Below, one piece after another: positions 1 to 8,985 of a stretch of 55,905 bases of DNA (position 1 is the first letter of the stretch; the number at the start of each line of letters is the position of its first letter). The notes beneath the pieces were generated by a model. The model searched no databases. It worked only from the letters and a program-made list of their open reading frames with translations, and was not told the DNA's origin. The stretch covers positions 1-55,905 of the forward strand of contig VFKC01000017.1 in NCBI GenBank assembly GCA_009885745.1. The letters run 5' to 3'. The position numbers and the translations under genes were made by a program. Source of the DNA: Actinomycetota bacterium (GTDB lineage: Bacteria; Actinomycetota; Actinomycetes; S36-B12; UBA5976).

Positions 1-178
1 AGTCTAATTCCTGACTGGTGGCGCGCTCGGAATATGTGAGCTGACTCATTCGATGTTGAGGAGTGCCGCACAAGCGCGAGTGTGAACAGGGGCCGGTCAA
101 TTGCGGGGACAGGAACCGTCGTGTCTCGCGCGCACATGCGCGAGACACTCCTCCCAAATCCTGGCTCACTTACTTATT

Positions 179-216
179 AAAAACGAAAGACCCCCTGATG
201 GGGGTCTTTCGTTTTT
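179..216 (-). terminator. Intrinsic terminator downstream of tRNA-fMet (potentially bidirectional)
   Basis: Perfect 17-bp inverted repeat aaaaacgaaagaccccc-tgat-gggggtctttcgttttt with T-tracts on both strands, 2 nt after the tRNA 3' end. Confidence 0.9.
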
Positions 217-218
217 AG

Positions 219-292
219 TAGCGGGGACAGGATTTGAACCTGTGACCTCTGGGTTATGAGCCCAGCGAGCTACCGAGCTGCTCCACCCCGCG
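219..292 (-). tRNA. Initiator tRNA-fMet (CAT); CCA not encoded
   Basis: Minus strand CGCGGGGTGGAGCAGCTCGGTAGCTCGCTGGGCTCATAACCCAGAGGTCACAGGTTCAAATCCTGTCCCCGCTA: CAT anticodon, three G-C pairs in anticodon stem, C1xU72 mismatch, TTCAAAT T-loop. Confidence 0.97.
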
Positions 293-303
293 TCGGTTTC
301 TTA

Positions 304-331
304 AGGATACGCCAGATAACCCGCCAGGCAA
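304..331 (-). promoter_or_regulatory. Housekeeping-sigma promoter of tRNA-fMet
   Basis: TTGCCT-16 nt-TATCCT on minus strand, 11 nt upstream of the mature tRNA. Confidence 0.55.
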
Positions 332-369
332 AATTACACTCATTCGAATAATCTGGCGCACCCAAGAAA

Positions 370-3201
370 TTATTTACTACTTAATGCATCCTCGGCTGAA
401 GTGGCACGAGCCAACGCAGCAGCAAGTTTCTTTTGCGCGGCACCATAAGCAGTGAAGTCACCCTTAGCTAATGCAGCCTGTCCCTCAATGTATGCCTTGT
501 TAGCATCTGAAATAGCAGCAGCAAGTTTCTCTGCCGGTGTACTAACAGTCCCACCGTTGTCTGTGCCACCGCCGCCGCCACTATCAATCTGCTCACTAAA
601 CACCTTGACCAAAGCAGTCTGTAAATCATTTTCGAAAGCGACCTTTGATCCGAAGGAAACAAGAACCTTACGCAATAGCGGATAGCCGCCACCCTGACTT
701 GCCCGAATGTAAACCGGCTCTAGATAAAGAATTCCACCACCAACAGGTAGGGACAGCAAGTTGCCTAACTGAACATCCGAACCACCTTGACGCAGTAGCG
801 ACAATTGTGATGAGACGGCAGGATCTGACTCAAAGTTATTCTGCACCTGAGTTGGCCCTGGAATAGTTGTGTTTCGCGGCAACTGCAAAACTCGAATCGT
901 TCCATAATCAGGACCAGCATCAGCGTTGACAGACATGAACGCTGCCAAGGTTTGACGCTTACTTGGGGCAAATGCACTGGTCAACGAGAACGTTGGCTCT
1001 TTTTGATCAGGCATACGCAACATCATGAAGTAAGGAGGTTGCGCTTGACCAACTGAAGGTTTAGTTGGGTCATTCGGGACATTCCAGTAATCCTGACCGG
1101 AATAAAAGGCTTGTGGATCCTGCACATGGTACTTAGCCAAAATGTCACGTTGGACCTTAAACAAATCTTCTGGGTATCGGATGTGCTCAAGTAAGGATGC
1201 CGAGATTTTGGACTTCGGCTCAACAACACCCGGGAATGCTTTGCGCCAAACCTTTAGCACTGGATCTTTCGTATCCCATTGATAAATACGAACAGTGCCA
1301 TCGTAGGCATCTACTGTGGCTTTGACCGAGTTGCGCATGTACGTCAGATCCTGAGATGAAAGACTTCCCAATCCACCTTGAGCGTTAACCGAATCAGCTG
1401 TTGCATCACGGAGAGAAATACGGGCAGCGTATGGGAATTCATTTGAAGTTGTATAACCATCAACAATCCATTGAATTCGGCCGTCAATAACTGCTGGATA
1501 AGGATCCCCATCAAGAGTTAGCCAAGGAGCGACCTTCTTAACACGTATTTGTGGTGAGCGGTCGTAAAGAATTTTTGACCCCGGCGCAATTTGATTAGAA
1601 AGCAAGATATTCGCTTCACGATAGTGCAGCGCGAAAACTGCCCGTTGGAATAAATTGCCAACAGGAACGCCACCCTTACCTGTGTAGGTGTTATTGGCTT
1701 GACCGTTAGCGCTCTTGTCATCTGGGTAATCTAATTCGCGCGGTTCCCCACCCTTAGGACTGCCGACAATTGAGTAAGCCGGTGAGCGTTCACCGAAGTA
1801 AACCCTCGGCTGCTTTATGTCAAGCTTTCCAACCGGAGGAATGTCACTTTCGAGGAAGTTTGGTGAACCATCATTGCGAGCAGAATTATCAGCAGCAGCA
1901 ACTACGCCGTAGCCGTGGGTAAAGACCATGTGATCGTTGAACCAGTTGCGCTGTGAATCTGCCAAACCCGAAAGGCTAACCTCTCGAACTGCCAGAATTG
2001 TCCCCTGCTTAACTTTGTTAATTTTGTAACGATCAATGTCCAAAGAATCAGGGAATGAATAGAAGCCACGAATCTGCTGCAAATTCTGGAAAGTTGGTGA
2101 AACAAGACTCGGATCAAGTAGGCGAGCATTAGAAAGTGTGCCCTTGTCCTTGGTGAAAGAGGCCAATGATGGATTATCGATTGCCTTATATTCAGTGATC
2201 TTCACTTTGTCGAGACCATAAGCAGTGCGCGTGGCTTCAAGGTTTCGCTGAATGTAGGGAGTTTCCTTTTGTAGTTCGCTTGGCTTTACCTGGACCTGTT
2301 GCACGAATGCAGGATAAAGTCCACCAATTAAAAGTGAGGCGCCTAACATCACACCAAATGCGATGAACGGCAAGGATGTAGCTGCGCGGAAAAGTGAGAC
2401 AAAGAAAAGTATTGCTGTTGCGAAAGCAATGTAACTCAAGATTGTCTTAGCCGGCACGAGTGCATTGACATCCGTGAATCTCAATCCGCTAATTAGTGAA
2501 TCGGATTTTGTCGCAAGTGAGTATTTGTCGATTGAGTATGCAATGCCCTTGAGCAAAACAATGACACCAAGAAAAAATGTTAAATGTCGTCTGGCACTAG
2601 GTGAGGTGTTTTGGCCAGGTGCTGAACTAAGACCACCATAAATGTAGTGAATGATGAGGTTAACAATTAGCGCGACGAATGCCAGTGTGAATGCGCTGCC
2701 AAGTAAAAATTTTAAGAACGGCAATTCAAACGCATAAAAAGAAATGTCCTTACCAAACTGAGGATCCTTCTGCCCGAAAGGAACAGAGTTAGTCCACATT
2801 AAGTAAGTTCGCCATTGCGCGGCCGCTGACAAGGCGCTCAAGAGACCAAAGACTGCCGGAGCAGCAATAAATAAGCTCTTGCGAATTGGCTCGAGGCTAT
2901 CGCGATAGCGCTGCATAGCTAACTCTTCTGGTGTCGTGGGAATTGTTAGCACTCTTGACCGATAAGCAAATGTTGCTGAAGCCCAAAGCACGACTGTTGT
3001 CAGAACAAAAACTACGACGAAGAGTGTTCCACGAACTACCAATTGTTTTGCAAATACATCAGTGCGCTCGAGTGATGAGAACCATTGCCAATCCGTCCAG
3101 AATCCGGCCACTAGCGAGAACAAAATGAACAGGACAGCAATCACCCCCAAAGTAATTCCAAGGGGACTTCGACGCTGACTTTGCTGATTGTAAATGCTCA
3201 C
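370..3201 (-). CDS. UPF0182 family membrane protein (Rv3193c-like)
   Basis: 943 aa; N-terminal TM helices, WTDWQWF, DPQFGKDISFY, HMVFTHGYG, YMRNSVKATVDAYDG motifs; next to tRNA-Met as in other actinobacteria. Confidence 0.92.
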   Translation of the reverse strand: MSIYNQQSQRRSPLGITLGVIAVLFILFSLVAGFWTDWQWFSSLERTDVFAKQLVVRGTLFVVVFVLTTVVLWASATFAYRSRVLTIPTTPEELAMQRYRDSLEPIRKSLFIAAPAVFGLLSALSAAAQWRTYLMWTNSVPFGQKDPQFGKDISFYAFELPFLKFLLGSAFTLAFVALIVNLIIHYIYGGLSSAPGQNTSPSARRHLTFFLGVIVLLKGIAYSIDKYSLATKSDSLISGLRFTDVNALVPAKTILSYIAFATAILFFVSLFRAATSLPFIAFGVMLGASLLIGGLYPAFVQQVQVKPSELQKETPYIQRNLEATRTAYGLDKVKITEYKAIDNPSLASFTKDKGTLSNARLLDPSLVSPTFQNLQQIRGFYSFPDSLDIDRYKINKVKQGTILAVREVSLSGLADSQRNWFNDHMVFTHGYGVVAAADNSARNDGSPNFLESDIPPVGKLDIKQPRVYFGERSPAYSIVGSPKGGEPRELDYPDDKSANGQANNTYTGKGGVPVGNLFQRAVFALHYREANILLSNQIAPGSKILYDRSPQIRVKKVAPWLTLDGDPYPAVIDGRIQWIVDGYTTSNEFPYAARISLRDATADSVNAQGGLGSLSSQDLTYMRNSVKATVDAYDGTVRIYQWDTKDPVLKVWRKAFPGVVEPKSKISASLLEHIRYPEDLFKVQRDILAKYHVQDPQAFYSGQDYWNVPNDPTKPSVGQAQPPYFMMLRMPDQKEPTFSLTSAFAPSKRQTLAAFMSVNADAGPDYGTIRVLQLPRNTTIPGPTQVQNNFESDPAVSSQLSLLRQGGSDVQLGNLLSLPVGGGILYLEPVYIRASQGGGYPLLRKVLVSFGSKVAFENDLQTALVKVFSEQIDSGGGGGTDNGGTVSTPAEKLAAAISDANKAYIEGQAALAKGDFTAYGAAQKKLAAALARATSAEDALSSK

Positions 3202-3265
3202 GTCCCAATACTATGAGTCCAAGACACACTTCGCCTTTGCTTCACAAATAAGGCAAACTGTGTTT

Positions 3266-3781
3266 ATGGATTTTGCGCTCAATCTCGAAGCACTGGTACG
3301 AGAAGTTGAAGAACATGTTGGTAACGCTGGCTGGGATCAGCCAGCCCGCTTATTCGCCTTAATCCCAACAGCAGCTTTGATTGCTGCAAATCCGCAAACA
3401 GCGAAAGAACTCGGTATTACAGGAGATTTGCCTCTCACATCGGTTGAGCAAGAACTGGATTCACAGATAAGTCTTGAGGATCTTCTGGGCACTATTGCCT
3501 GGCCACAGGATGTTCAAGGAGCCATTCTGGTGCTTGAACGCATCGTTTTGCCACCTGCTGCCGAATCTGAGTTACCAACTGATACCGATAGTGAACTACT
3601 AGATGCGGCTTTCGCACATCCACAACGCCGTGATGTCCGCATTGTTAGTGCAGTTTTGCGAAGTGGTCAAAATCTCAATGCCCTGAGGCACCGAACACAC
3701 GATGAAATTACGGCAGTAGCAGTTGCCCCAAATCTTGTGAGCAGACTGAATGACTCTCTGCTAGCAACATTTGCTGAATAG
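3266..3781 (+). CDS. PPA1309 family conserved actinobacterial protein
   Basis: GWDQPARLFAL, IAWP, ERIVLPP, HPQRRDVR motifs; divergent from UPF0182; start moved to ATG 3266 (CAAACT-6nt-ATG). Confidence 0.8.
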   Translation: MDFALNLEALVREVEEHVGNAGWDQPARLFALIPTAALIAANPQTAKELGITGDLPLTSVEQELDSQISLEDLLGTIAWPQDVQGAILVLERIVLPPAAESELPTDTDSELLDAAFAHPQRRDVRIVSAVLRSGQNLNALRHRTHDEITAVAVAPNLVSRLNDSLLATFAE

Positions 3782-3830
3782 GGTTTGATCGCTTTTTGCT
3801 CCCAGATTTAAGAGCAAATCTGATCTCAGG

Positions 3831-4142
3831 TTAGGGAGTTTCGCCCAAGTTAAGCGGGGCGCTAATCATCCGCAGCAACCCAGTACCGCCGGAGATGTTA
3901 GTAACATCAAAACCTTTTGCAGTTAGAAAGTCGCATGCTTTTGCAGAACGAACACCAGCTTCACAAATTACGTGATACGCCGTTTGGGTATCAAGTTCAC
4001 CAAAACGATCAGGCACAGTTGCAAGTGGCATTAAAATCGCTCCAGGAAAATGACCATCGATGTACTCAAAAGTTTCTCGAACATCGAGCACTGTCGCGCT
4101 CTCTGCAATGTTGACTAATTCCTGTGCTGAGATTTCTTTCAT
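3831..4142 (-). CDS. Single-domain rhodanese (sulfurtransferase)
   Basis: LDVRE..EY..GH.PGA and active-site loop CEAGVRS; AAGGAG SD. Confidence 0.88.
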   Translation of the reverse strand: MKEISAQELVNIAESATVLDVRETFEYIDGHFPGAILMPLATVPDRFGELDTQTAYHVICEAGVRSAKACDFLTAKGFDVTNISGGTGLLRMISAPLNLGETP

Positions 4143-4188
4143 TTTCGCTCCTTTTTGTCTCGGACCATTATTTGGTGCGCGATAAATT

Positions 4189-5271
4189 TTATTTTTTATT
4201 GACGGAAGGATATTTGTCGTAGCACTCAGGAATTTCTATACCCTTGTTAAACCCCTCAATTGCCCTGACTGCTCCGCTTATGTTCGTAACCGGCGTGACC
4301 GTTAATCCAGCAGGAATGTGACCTAAGACCTCGTCGCAATTTGCGTTCGGAGCCAAGAACAACTTCGCACCCGCACGTTTCGCGCCAACTAATTTGTGGG
4401 CGATTCCACCAATAGGTCCCACTTTTCCAGTCGGCGTGATTGTGCCTGTTCCAGCAATAATCTTGCCACCTGTTAATGACCCGGGCGTCAATTTATCAAT
4501 AATGCCGAGGGCAAACATCGCGCCAGCACTAGGTCCGCCGACATCATCTAGCTCAAAGTCGATTGTGAAGTCTGCTGAATAGAGCATGTCTACCCCGATG
4601 CCGATAAATGGAATCTTAGTTTCGTCCACCTTGGTTGATGGGTCGTCCGGATATGCTCCAGACTTTATTTTTACAACTTCTTTCTTAGCCCCTCGCAAAA
4701 CCTCAAAACTGAAAACTGTGCCTATTGGGCTTGCGCGGATTACTGAGACGACTTGTTTCGGTGTTTTCATCATCACACCATCAATCAGCCGGATATGATC
4801 GCCCGCTTTAAGTTTGTTTGTAGCTGGAACATTATGTTTCACTGAAGTGACTGCAACATCTTGGCGTAACGGCTTGTTTAAGTAGCCCATAGCGGCAGCT
4901 ATTGCATCACTTTGAGAGAGGCTGAAATCCTCCGCACTTTGAATGTAATTATCTTCAGCTGTTTCTCCTGGCGGATAAATTTCTTCTCTCGGAATTACTT
5001 CATTTTCATTATTCAAGAGCGCAAAGATTCCTTGAAGCAAACTGATTCCCTCATCAGGCCCACCTGTTTCAGATACTGTGGTCATGTTCAGTTCACCAGT
5101 GGTCTTATAAGTTTTTGTTCCCGTGATTGAGATTAATTGATTACCCTGATCTGCACCGAGGGTGTTAAAAACTGGTCCTGGCGACAACAATACATATGGA
5201 ACGTTAACCACTGCACCAACGAGCCCCAAGAGGAACACTGAGGCGCTTAAGGTCGGAATAAAACGCCGCAA
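4189..5271 (-). CDS. PDZ domain + Lon-type S16 protease (YlbL/Rv3194c-like)
   Basis: N-terminal hydrophobic anchor, PDZ region, GGPSAG catalytic Ser and GGIAHK Lys; start uncertain (TTG 5271 after GGAGGTG, ORF extends to 5295). Confidence 0.88.
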   Translation of the reverse strand: MRRFIPTLSASVFLLGLVGAVVNVPYVLLSPGPVFNTLGADQGNQLISITGTKTYKTTGELNMTTVSETGGPDEGISLLQGIFALLNNENEVIPREEIYPPGETAEDNYIQSAEDFSLSQSDAIAAAMGYLNKPLRQDVAVTSVKHNVPATNKLKAGDHIRLIDGVMMKTPKQVVSVIRASPIGTVFSFEVLRGAKKEVVKIKSGAYPDDPSTKVDETKIPFIGIGVDMLYSADFTIDFELDDVGGPSAGAMFALGIIDKLTPGSLTGGKIIAGTGTITPTGKVGPIGGIAHKLVGAKRAGAKLFLAPNANCDEVLGHIPAGLTVTPVTNISGAVRAIEGFNKGIEIPECYDKYPSVNKK

Positions 5272-5354
5272 AACTAAAAGCACCTCCGCGCCCAACTTCG
5301 ATCAAGAAATCTAACTACATCATCTACTTTACGTTAGTTAATCAATTTGTGAAT

Positions 5355-5417
5355 TGTGCCATAGGCGTATTCGATAAACCCACACAATGCCAACAGCAGG
5401 ATTACGCTTGATGTGTA
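5355..5417. promoter_or_regulatory. Candidate ClgR-type operators (CGC-N5-GCG)
   Basis: tgtGC-catag-GCGta (5355-5369) and TACGC-ttgat-GTGTA (5403-5417) between two divergent protease genes. Confidence 0.45.
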
Positions 5418-5453
5418 GCGCACATGCATTATCAGACAGAAAAGTAGGTCAAG

Positions 5454-6800
5454 ATGTCGATTCCATTCGGTTTTTCCCCAGGCGGAAACGATAATGATGG
5501 CCTAGCGGCAATGTTTGAAAATCTTGGGCGCATGCTGCGCAATAGTGGATCCGAGAATACCGATGCCGTTGATTGGTTAACTGCAAATCAGACCAGCAGG
5601 CAAGCTCTGAATAAAGTCGGAGATCCCAAAATAACCTCAGATCAACAAACTGCCATCGCATCTGCAAATGAATTAGCGGAAATCTGGCTAAACGACGCAA
5701 CAAGTTTTCCTAGTCTTGGTATTCCTCTTCTGCCATCCACGCGTGGCGAATGGCTAGACAGGACATTCGATGTTTGGAAGTTAATAGTTGAGCCAGTCGC
5801 TGAAGGCATCTCGAATGCGATGACCTCAATTCTTCCTCAAGGTAAAGACGGACAGAGTGTGGAACTTCCCGAAGAGCTCCTCGCAGGATTACCCGAAGAA
5901 GCCGCTGCCTCGATGCGCGAGCTCCTTAGTTCACAGAATTTATCCGAACTGTTGGGTCCAATCATGGGCATGGCACGCTCAATGGGTGCAACGATGTTTG
6001 GCAATCAATTTGGTCAGGTGCTGGCAACTATGTCTACCGAGGTGCTGTCATTTAGCGATGTCGGAATCCCGTTAACAGAGAACTCGGATCCAATTCTCGT
6101 CCTGGCCAACATAAATGAATTCTCAAAAGACTTGTCAATTTCGAGTGCAGATGTCTTGGTCTATATCTCACTACGAGAATTGGCACATCAACGCTTATTC
6201 GCTCATACACCTTGGCTGAGGTCGCAAGCACTGACTGCAATTGGCGACTACGCTCGCGGAGTGAAAATTGATACCAGCAAGATTGAAGTGATAATTTCCG
6301 AAAGTAATCCTCAAGATTTGGAATCGATGCAAACAACTTTGGGTTCAGAACTATTTGAAGGCACAACTTCACCTGAGCAACTTGCTGCGTTGGCCCGACT
6401 TGAACTTCTGTTAGCGCTGATCGAAGGTTGGGTCACAACAGTTGTCACATCAGCGATTTCAAATCGTCTGCCAAGTGCTGTGGCTCTTGAAGAAACATTC
6501 AGGCGCAGGCGTGCTGCTGGCGGACCCGCTGAGAAATTATTCTCAGGACTAGTGGGCCTGGAACTTCGCCCCCGACGCTTGCGTGAGGCAAATGAATTAT
6601 GGGTTGGGCTAACCCGCGAAAGAGGAATCGTGAATCGTGATGCGCTCTGGTTGCATCCAGATTTGTTGCCGAATGCAGATGACATTGACAACAATGAAGG
6701 CTTTATCGCTGGTCAAACACATGACTTGATGAGCGACCTGGATAAAGCAATGGAAACGCCCGGCCCTGCCGAGGATCCCCAGCAGCCTTCGGTCGAATAA
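5454..6800 (+). CDS. Zinc-dependent metalloprotease-like protein (DUF2342/zincin, Rv3195-like)
   Basis: RELAHQRLF, LALIEGW, RRRAAGGPAE, GLELRPRRLREA, LW.HPDLLP family motifs. Confidence 0.88.
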   Translation: MSIPFGFSPGGNDNDGLAAMFENLGRMLRNSGSENTDAVDWLTANQTSRQALNKVGDPKITSDQQTAIASANELAEIWLNDATSFPSLGIPLLPSTRGEWLDRTFDVWKLIVEPVAEGISNAMTSILPQGKDGQSVELPEELLAGLPEEAAASMRELLSSQNLSELLGPIMGMARSMGATMFGNQFGQVLATMSTEVLSFSDVGIPLTENSDPILVLANINEFSKDLSISSADVLVYISLRELAHQRLFAHTPWLRSQALTAIGDYARGVKIDTSKIEVIISESNPQDLESMQTTLGSELFEGTTSPEQLAALARLELLLALIEGWVTTVVTSAISNRLPSAVALEETFRRRRAAGGPAEKLFSGLVGLELRPRRLREANELWVGLTRERGIVNRDALWLHPDLLPNADDIDNNEGFIAGQTHDLMSDLDKAMETPGPAEDPQQPSVE

Positions 6801-6836
6801 TTCGTTTAGTAAGTTTCATCGACTTGTGCGATGTAT

Positions 6837-7490
6837 CTACTTACTCTGCTCCCCCAATGAATATCCTCGGAGAAACTCTTGGGCCATTTTATGTTCAGGG
6901 AAACTTTCCATAAGAGCCTGGAATTTCGGCCCATGATTGGCCACAAGTAAATGAATTAATTCGTGTAAGACGACAGCATCAATCACATAGTGCGGAGCCT
7001 TTTGTAATCTATGCGAAATGCGTATTGCGCCTGTAGCTGGAGTACAAGAACCCCATCTTGAATTTTGATTCGATACCCATTTCACAGTCACACCCTTTGG
7101 ATGCTTCTCAAATAGATCAAGATGTAAATATTGCACACTCAGTTGGCGTGCTCTCTTTTCAAGTTCCTCATGGGACGTGGACAAAGCCTTCCGCAAATCC
7201 AATTTGGCCACCAACTCGGTGACAATTGAATCAAGTTCCGCTTTTGCTATCGATTTTGGTGCATTAATAATGATCCGATCACCTTCACGCACTGCGGATA
7301 CAGAACGCTTACGTCGGGCGCTGAAACGGATTTCAATTTTGGTATTTGTCGTGAGTGCTTCTGCATTTTCAACCGAAGATGGTTCAGCATATTCTCGAAT
7401 TAAGGCTGGATTGAGTTGCCCTTCATCATCGAACATTTGGCCCAAATCACAAGCGTCATCAAAAAATGATGAACTCTCGAGGGCGGACAT
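6837..7490 (-). CDS. M48/YgjP-like (DUF45) metallopeptidase domain protein
   Basis: SARRKRSV, WVSNQNSRWGSCTP, HELIH zinc motif, HGPKF; start ATG 7490 (TAACCT-7nt-ATG). Confidence 0.85.
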   Translation of the reverse strand: MSALESSSFFDDACDLGQMFDDEGQLNPALIREYAEPSSVENAEALTTNTKIEIRFSARRKRSVSAVREGDRIIINAPKSIAKAELDSIVTELVAKLDLRKALSTSHEELEKRARQLSVQYLHLDLFEKHPKGVTVKWVSNQNSRWGSCTPATGAIRISHRLQKAPHYVIDAVVLHELIHLLVANHGPKFQALMESFPEHKMAQEFLRGYSLGEQSK

Positions 7491-7525
7491 AGGTTTTAGG
7501 TTAACCCAATTGACGGACAAAAAAG

Positions 7526-7599
7526 TGAAGCTCTCGAGGCGCGTGCTCGCTCGTTCGCCTTCCCCTTGCGAACGTCGGCTCGTTATCTCGAGAGCTTCA
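7526..7599. ncRNA. Candidate structured RNA: long hairpin with C-rich apical loop
   Basis: Perfect 13-bp outer stem tgaagctctcgag/ctcgagagcttca and 7-bp inner stem cgttcgc/gcgaacg closing loop cttcccctt; minus strand followed by U6. Confidence 0.4.
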
Positions 7600-7665
7600 A
7601 CTCATGAAAACTTAGACTGTTTGCTTGCGGCAGACAATGATTTCGTCGAACTAGCTGGACTCCCC

Positions 7666-7806
7666 TGTGGATGAAGTTGTGGATGACATGGGGAAATCGC
7701 CACGTACATCTGGGGATTAAGGGTGCAAAACCTGTTAACAAGTTTGTGTGTTACCGAGCGATACCTTGCAATACGTGGACTTATCCCCAGTACGTGTTGT
7801 GGAGAA
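7666..7806. promoter_or_regulatory. Cluster of DnaA boxes
   Basis: TGTGGATGA 7666-74 and 7678-86 (3-bp spacing), TGGGGATTA 7711-19, TGTTAACAA 7733-41, TTATCCCCA 7781-89, TGTGGAGAA 7798-806; each 1-2 mismatches to TT(A/G)TCCACA. Confidence 0.65.
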
Positions 7807-7919
7807 AAAATAGATTGAATCAGCACAGAATTAGTTCCAAAATTTGCAACCAACAGTTAGCACACAACTTCTGTTGACGGCTTAAAAAATTCACAGCCTC
7901 CAAGTTGAACTGTTTGTTT

Positions 7920-8975
7920 ATGACAACAAAACTTGCAATTAAATCCGGGGTCCATATTTTGTGGCGCAATAAACATGAGATTCAGATTGGTATCGATCCA
8001 ACAAAGTCATTGATTGTTGATGCCCAGATTGGAAAGCGCATTCTGGAACTTTGTGACGGAACTAGAACTATGCAAAATGTAATTGATGAAATGACTCAAG
8101 TAGCGAGCGGCCGCGAAACTATTTGCAATTTGTTGAATCTCTTATCAAATCAAGGTTTGCTTGTTGGGCAAGAAGATTTTCAATCTAGTGAAATCTCCAT
8201 AAAGAAAAATGCTGTTTTGCATAATTCCGATGCTCGGTTTTTAGCACAGCGTGACCTATCCCATCCAGCTACTAATTTTACGAATCGACTCAGCGCAGAT
8301 ATTCACATCTATGGTGGAGGCCGACTGGGTATGACCATCGCACTGCTTCTGGCAACCGGCGGTTTTCAAAAAATATTTGTCAAAGATGAGCAGCTAATTA
8401 CTGCGAGTGATTTGAGCGCTTGGGGTGCAAGTCGAATAGATATTGGAATGCGTCGTGACAAAGTAGCGATGCAACTAATTGAGAGAGTTCAAGCAGGAGC
8501 CACTCAGCGAACTGGGAGTAATCAAAATTCTCAAGCGCATAGGCTGAAAATCCTCGCACCAGATTGTGTGGCTGACTACCCATGGATCAGTCCCGATCAA
8601 TCTGATAGCTGTTTGACAAGTGACACTCCCCATATTTTTGCCACATTGGCTGGGTCAAAGTCAATGAAGAGTTCAATAATTCAGCCTGGTATAAATGGTT
8701 GCATTCGATGTATGCATAGTTATCTGACTGATCGCGATCCGGCTTGGCCAATTGTGTGTGCTCAACTTATTGGGCGGACGTCTGCAGATGTTTCCCCCAC
8801 GGGATTAGTAATGAGCACCGCCTTGAAAGTTGCCGCCAGCGTGAGCGAATGGTTTGATAGCGCGAAGAATCAAGCGAACCTGATTGAAGTTAATAGCTGG
8901 CCTGACGGACTTACTCAAAACATATGGAATGAACCCCATCCTGCCTGCGGATGCGGTTGGAACACGACTAGTTAA
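7920..8975 (+). CDS. ThiF/E1-like protein with N-terminal RRE-like domain (TOMM leader-binding family, Rv3196-like)
   Basis: IQIGIDP, CDGTRT winged-helix-like segment, GGGRLG, GCIRC, DRDPAWP, C-terminal HPACGC. Confidence 0.78.
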   Translation: MTTKLAIKSGVHILWRNKHEIQIGIDPTKSLIVDAQIGKRILELCDGTRTMQNVIDEMTQVASGRETICNLLNLLSNQGLLVGQEDFQSSEISIKKNAVLHNSDARFLAQRDLSHPATNFTNRLSADIHIYGGGRLGMTIALLLATGGFQKIFVKDEQLITASDLSAWGASRIDIGMRRDKVAMQLIERVQAGATQRTGSNQNSQAHRLKILAPDCVADYPWISPDQSDSCLTSDTPHIFATLAGSKSMKSSIIQPGINGCIRCMHSYLTDRDPAWPIVCAQLIGRTSADVSPTGLVMSTALKVAASVSEWFDSAKNQANLIEVNSWPDGLTQNIWNEPHPACGCGWNTTS

Positions 8976-8985
8976 CAATTGGAAT

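Noticed and set aside
7602-7877. ORFs 7671-7877 (+) and 7602-7853 (-) as RiPP precursor peptides
   Set aside because: No SD or leaderless signal, no leader/core pattern, and they overlie the DnaA-box cluster
7666-7900. oriC
   Set aside because: No dnaA/dnaN/rpmH nearby and no clear DnaA-trio unwinding element; kept only as a box cluster
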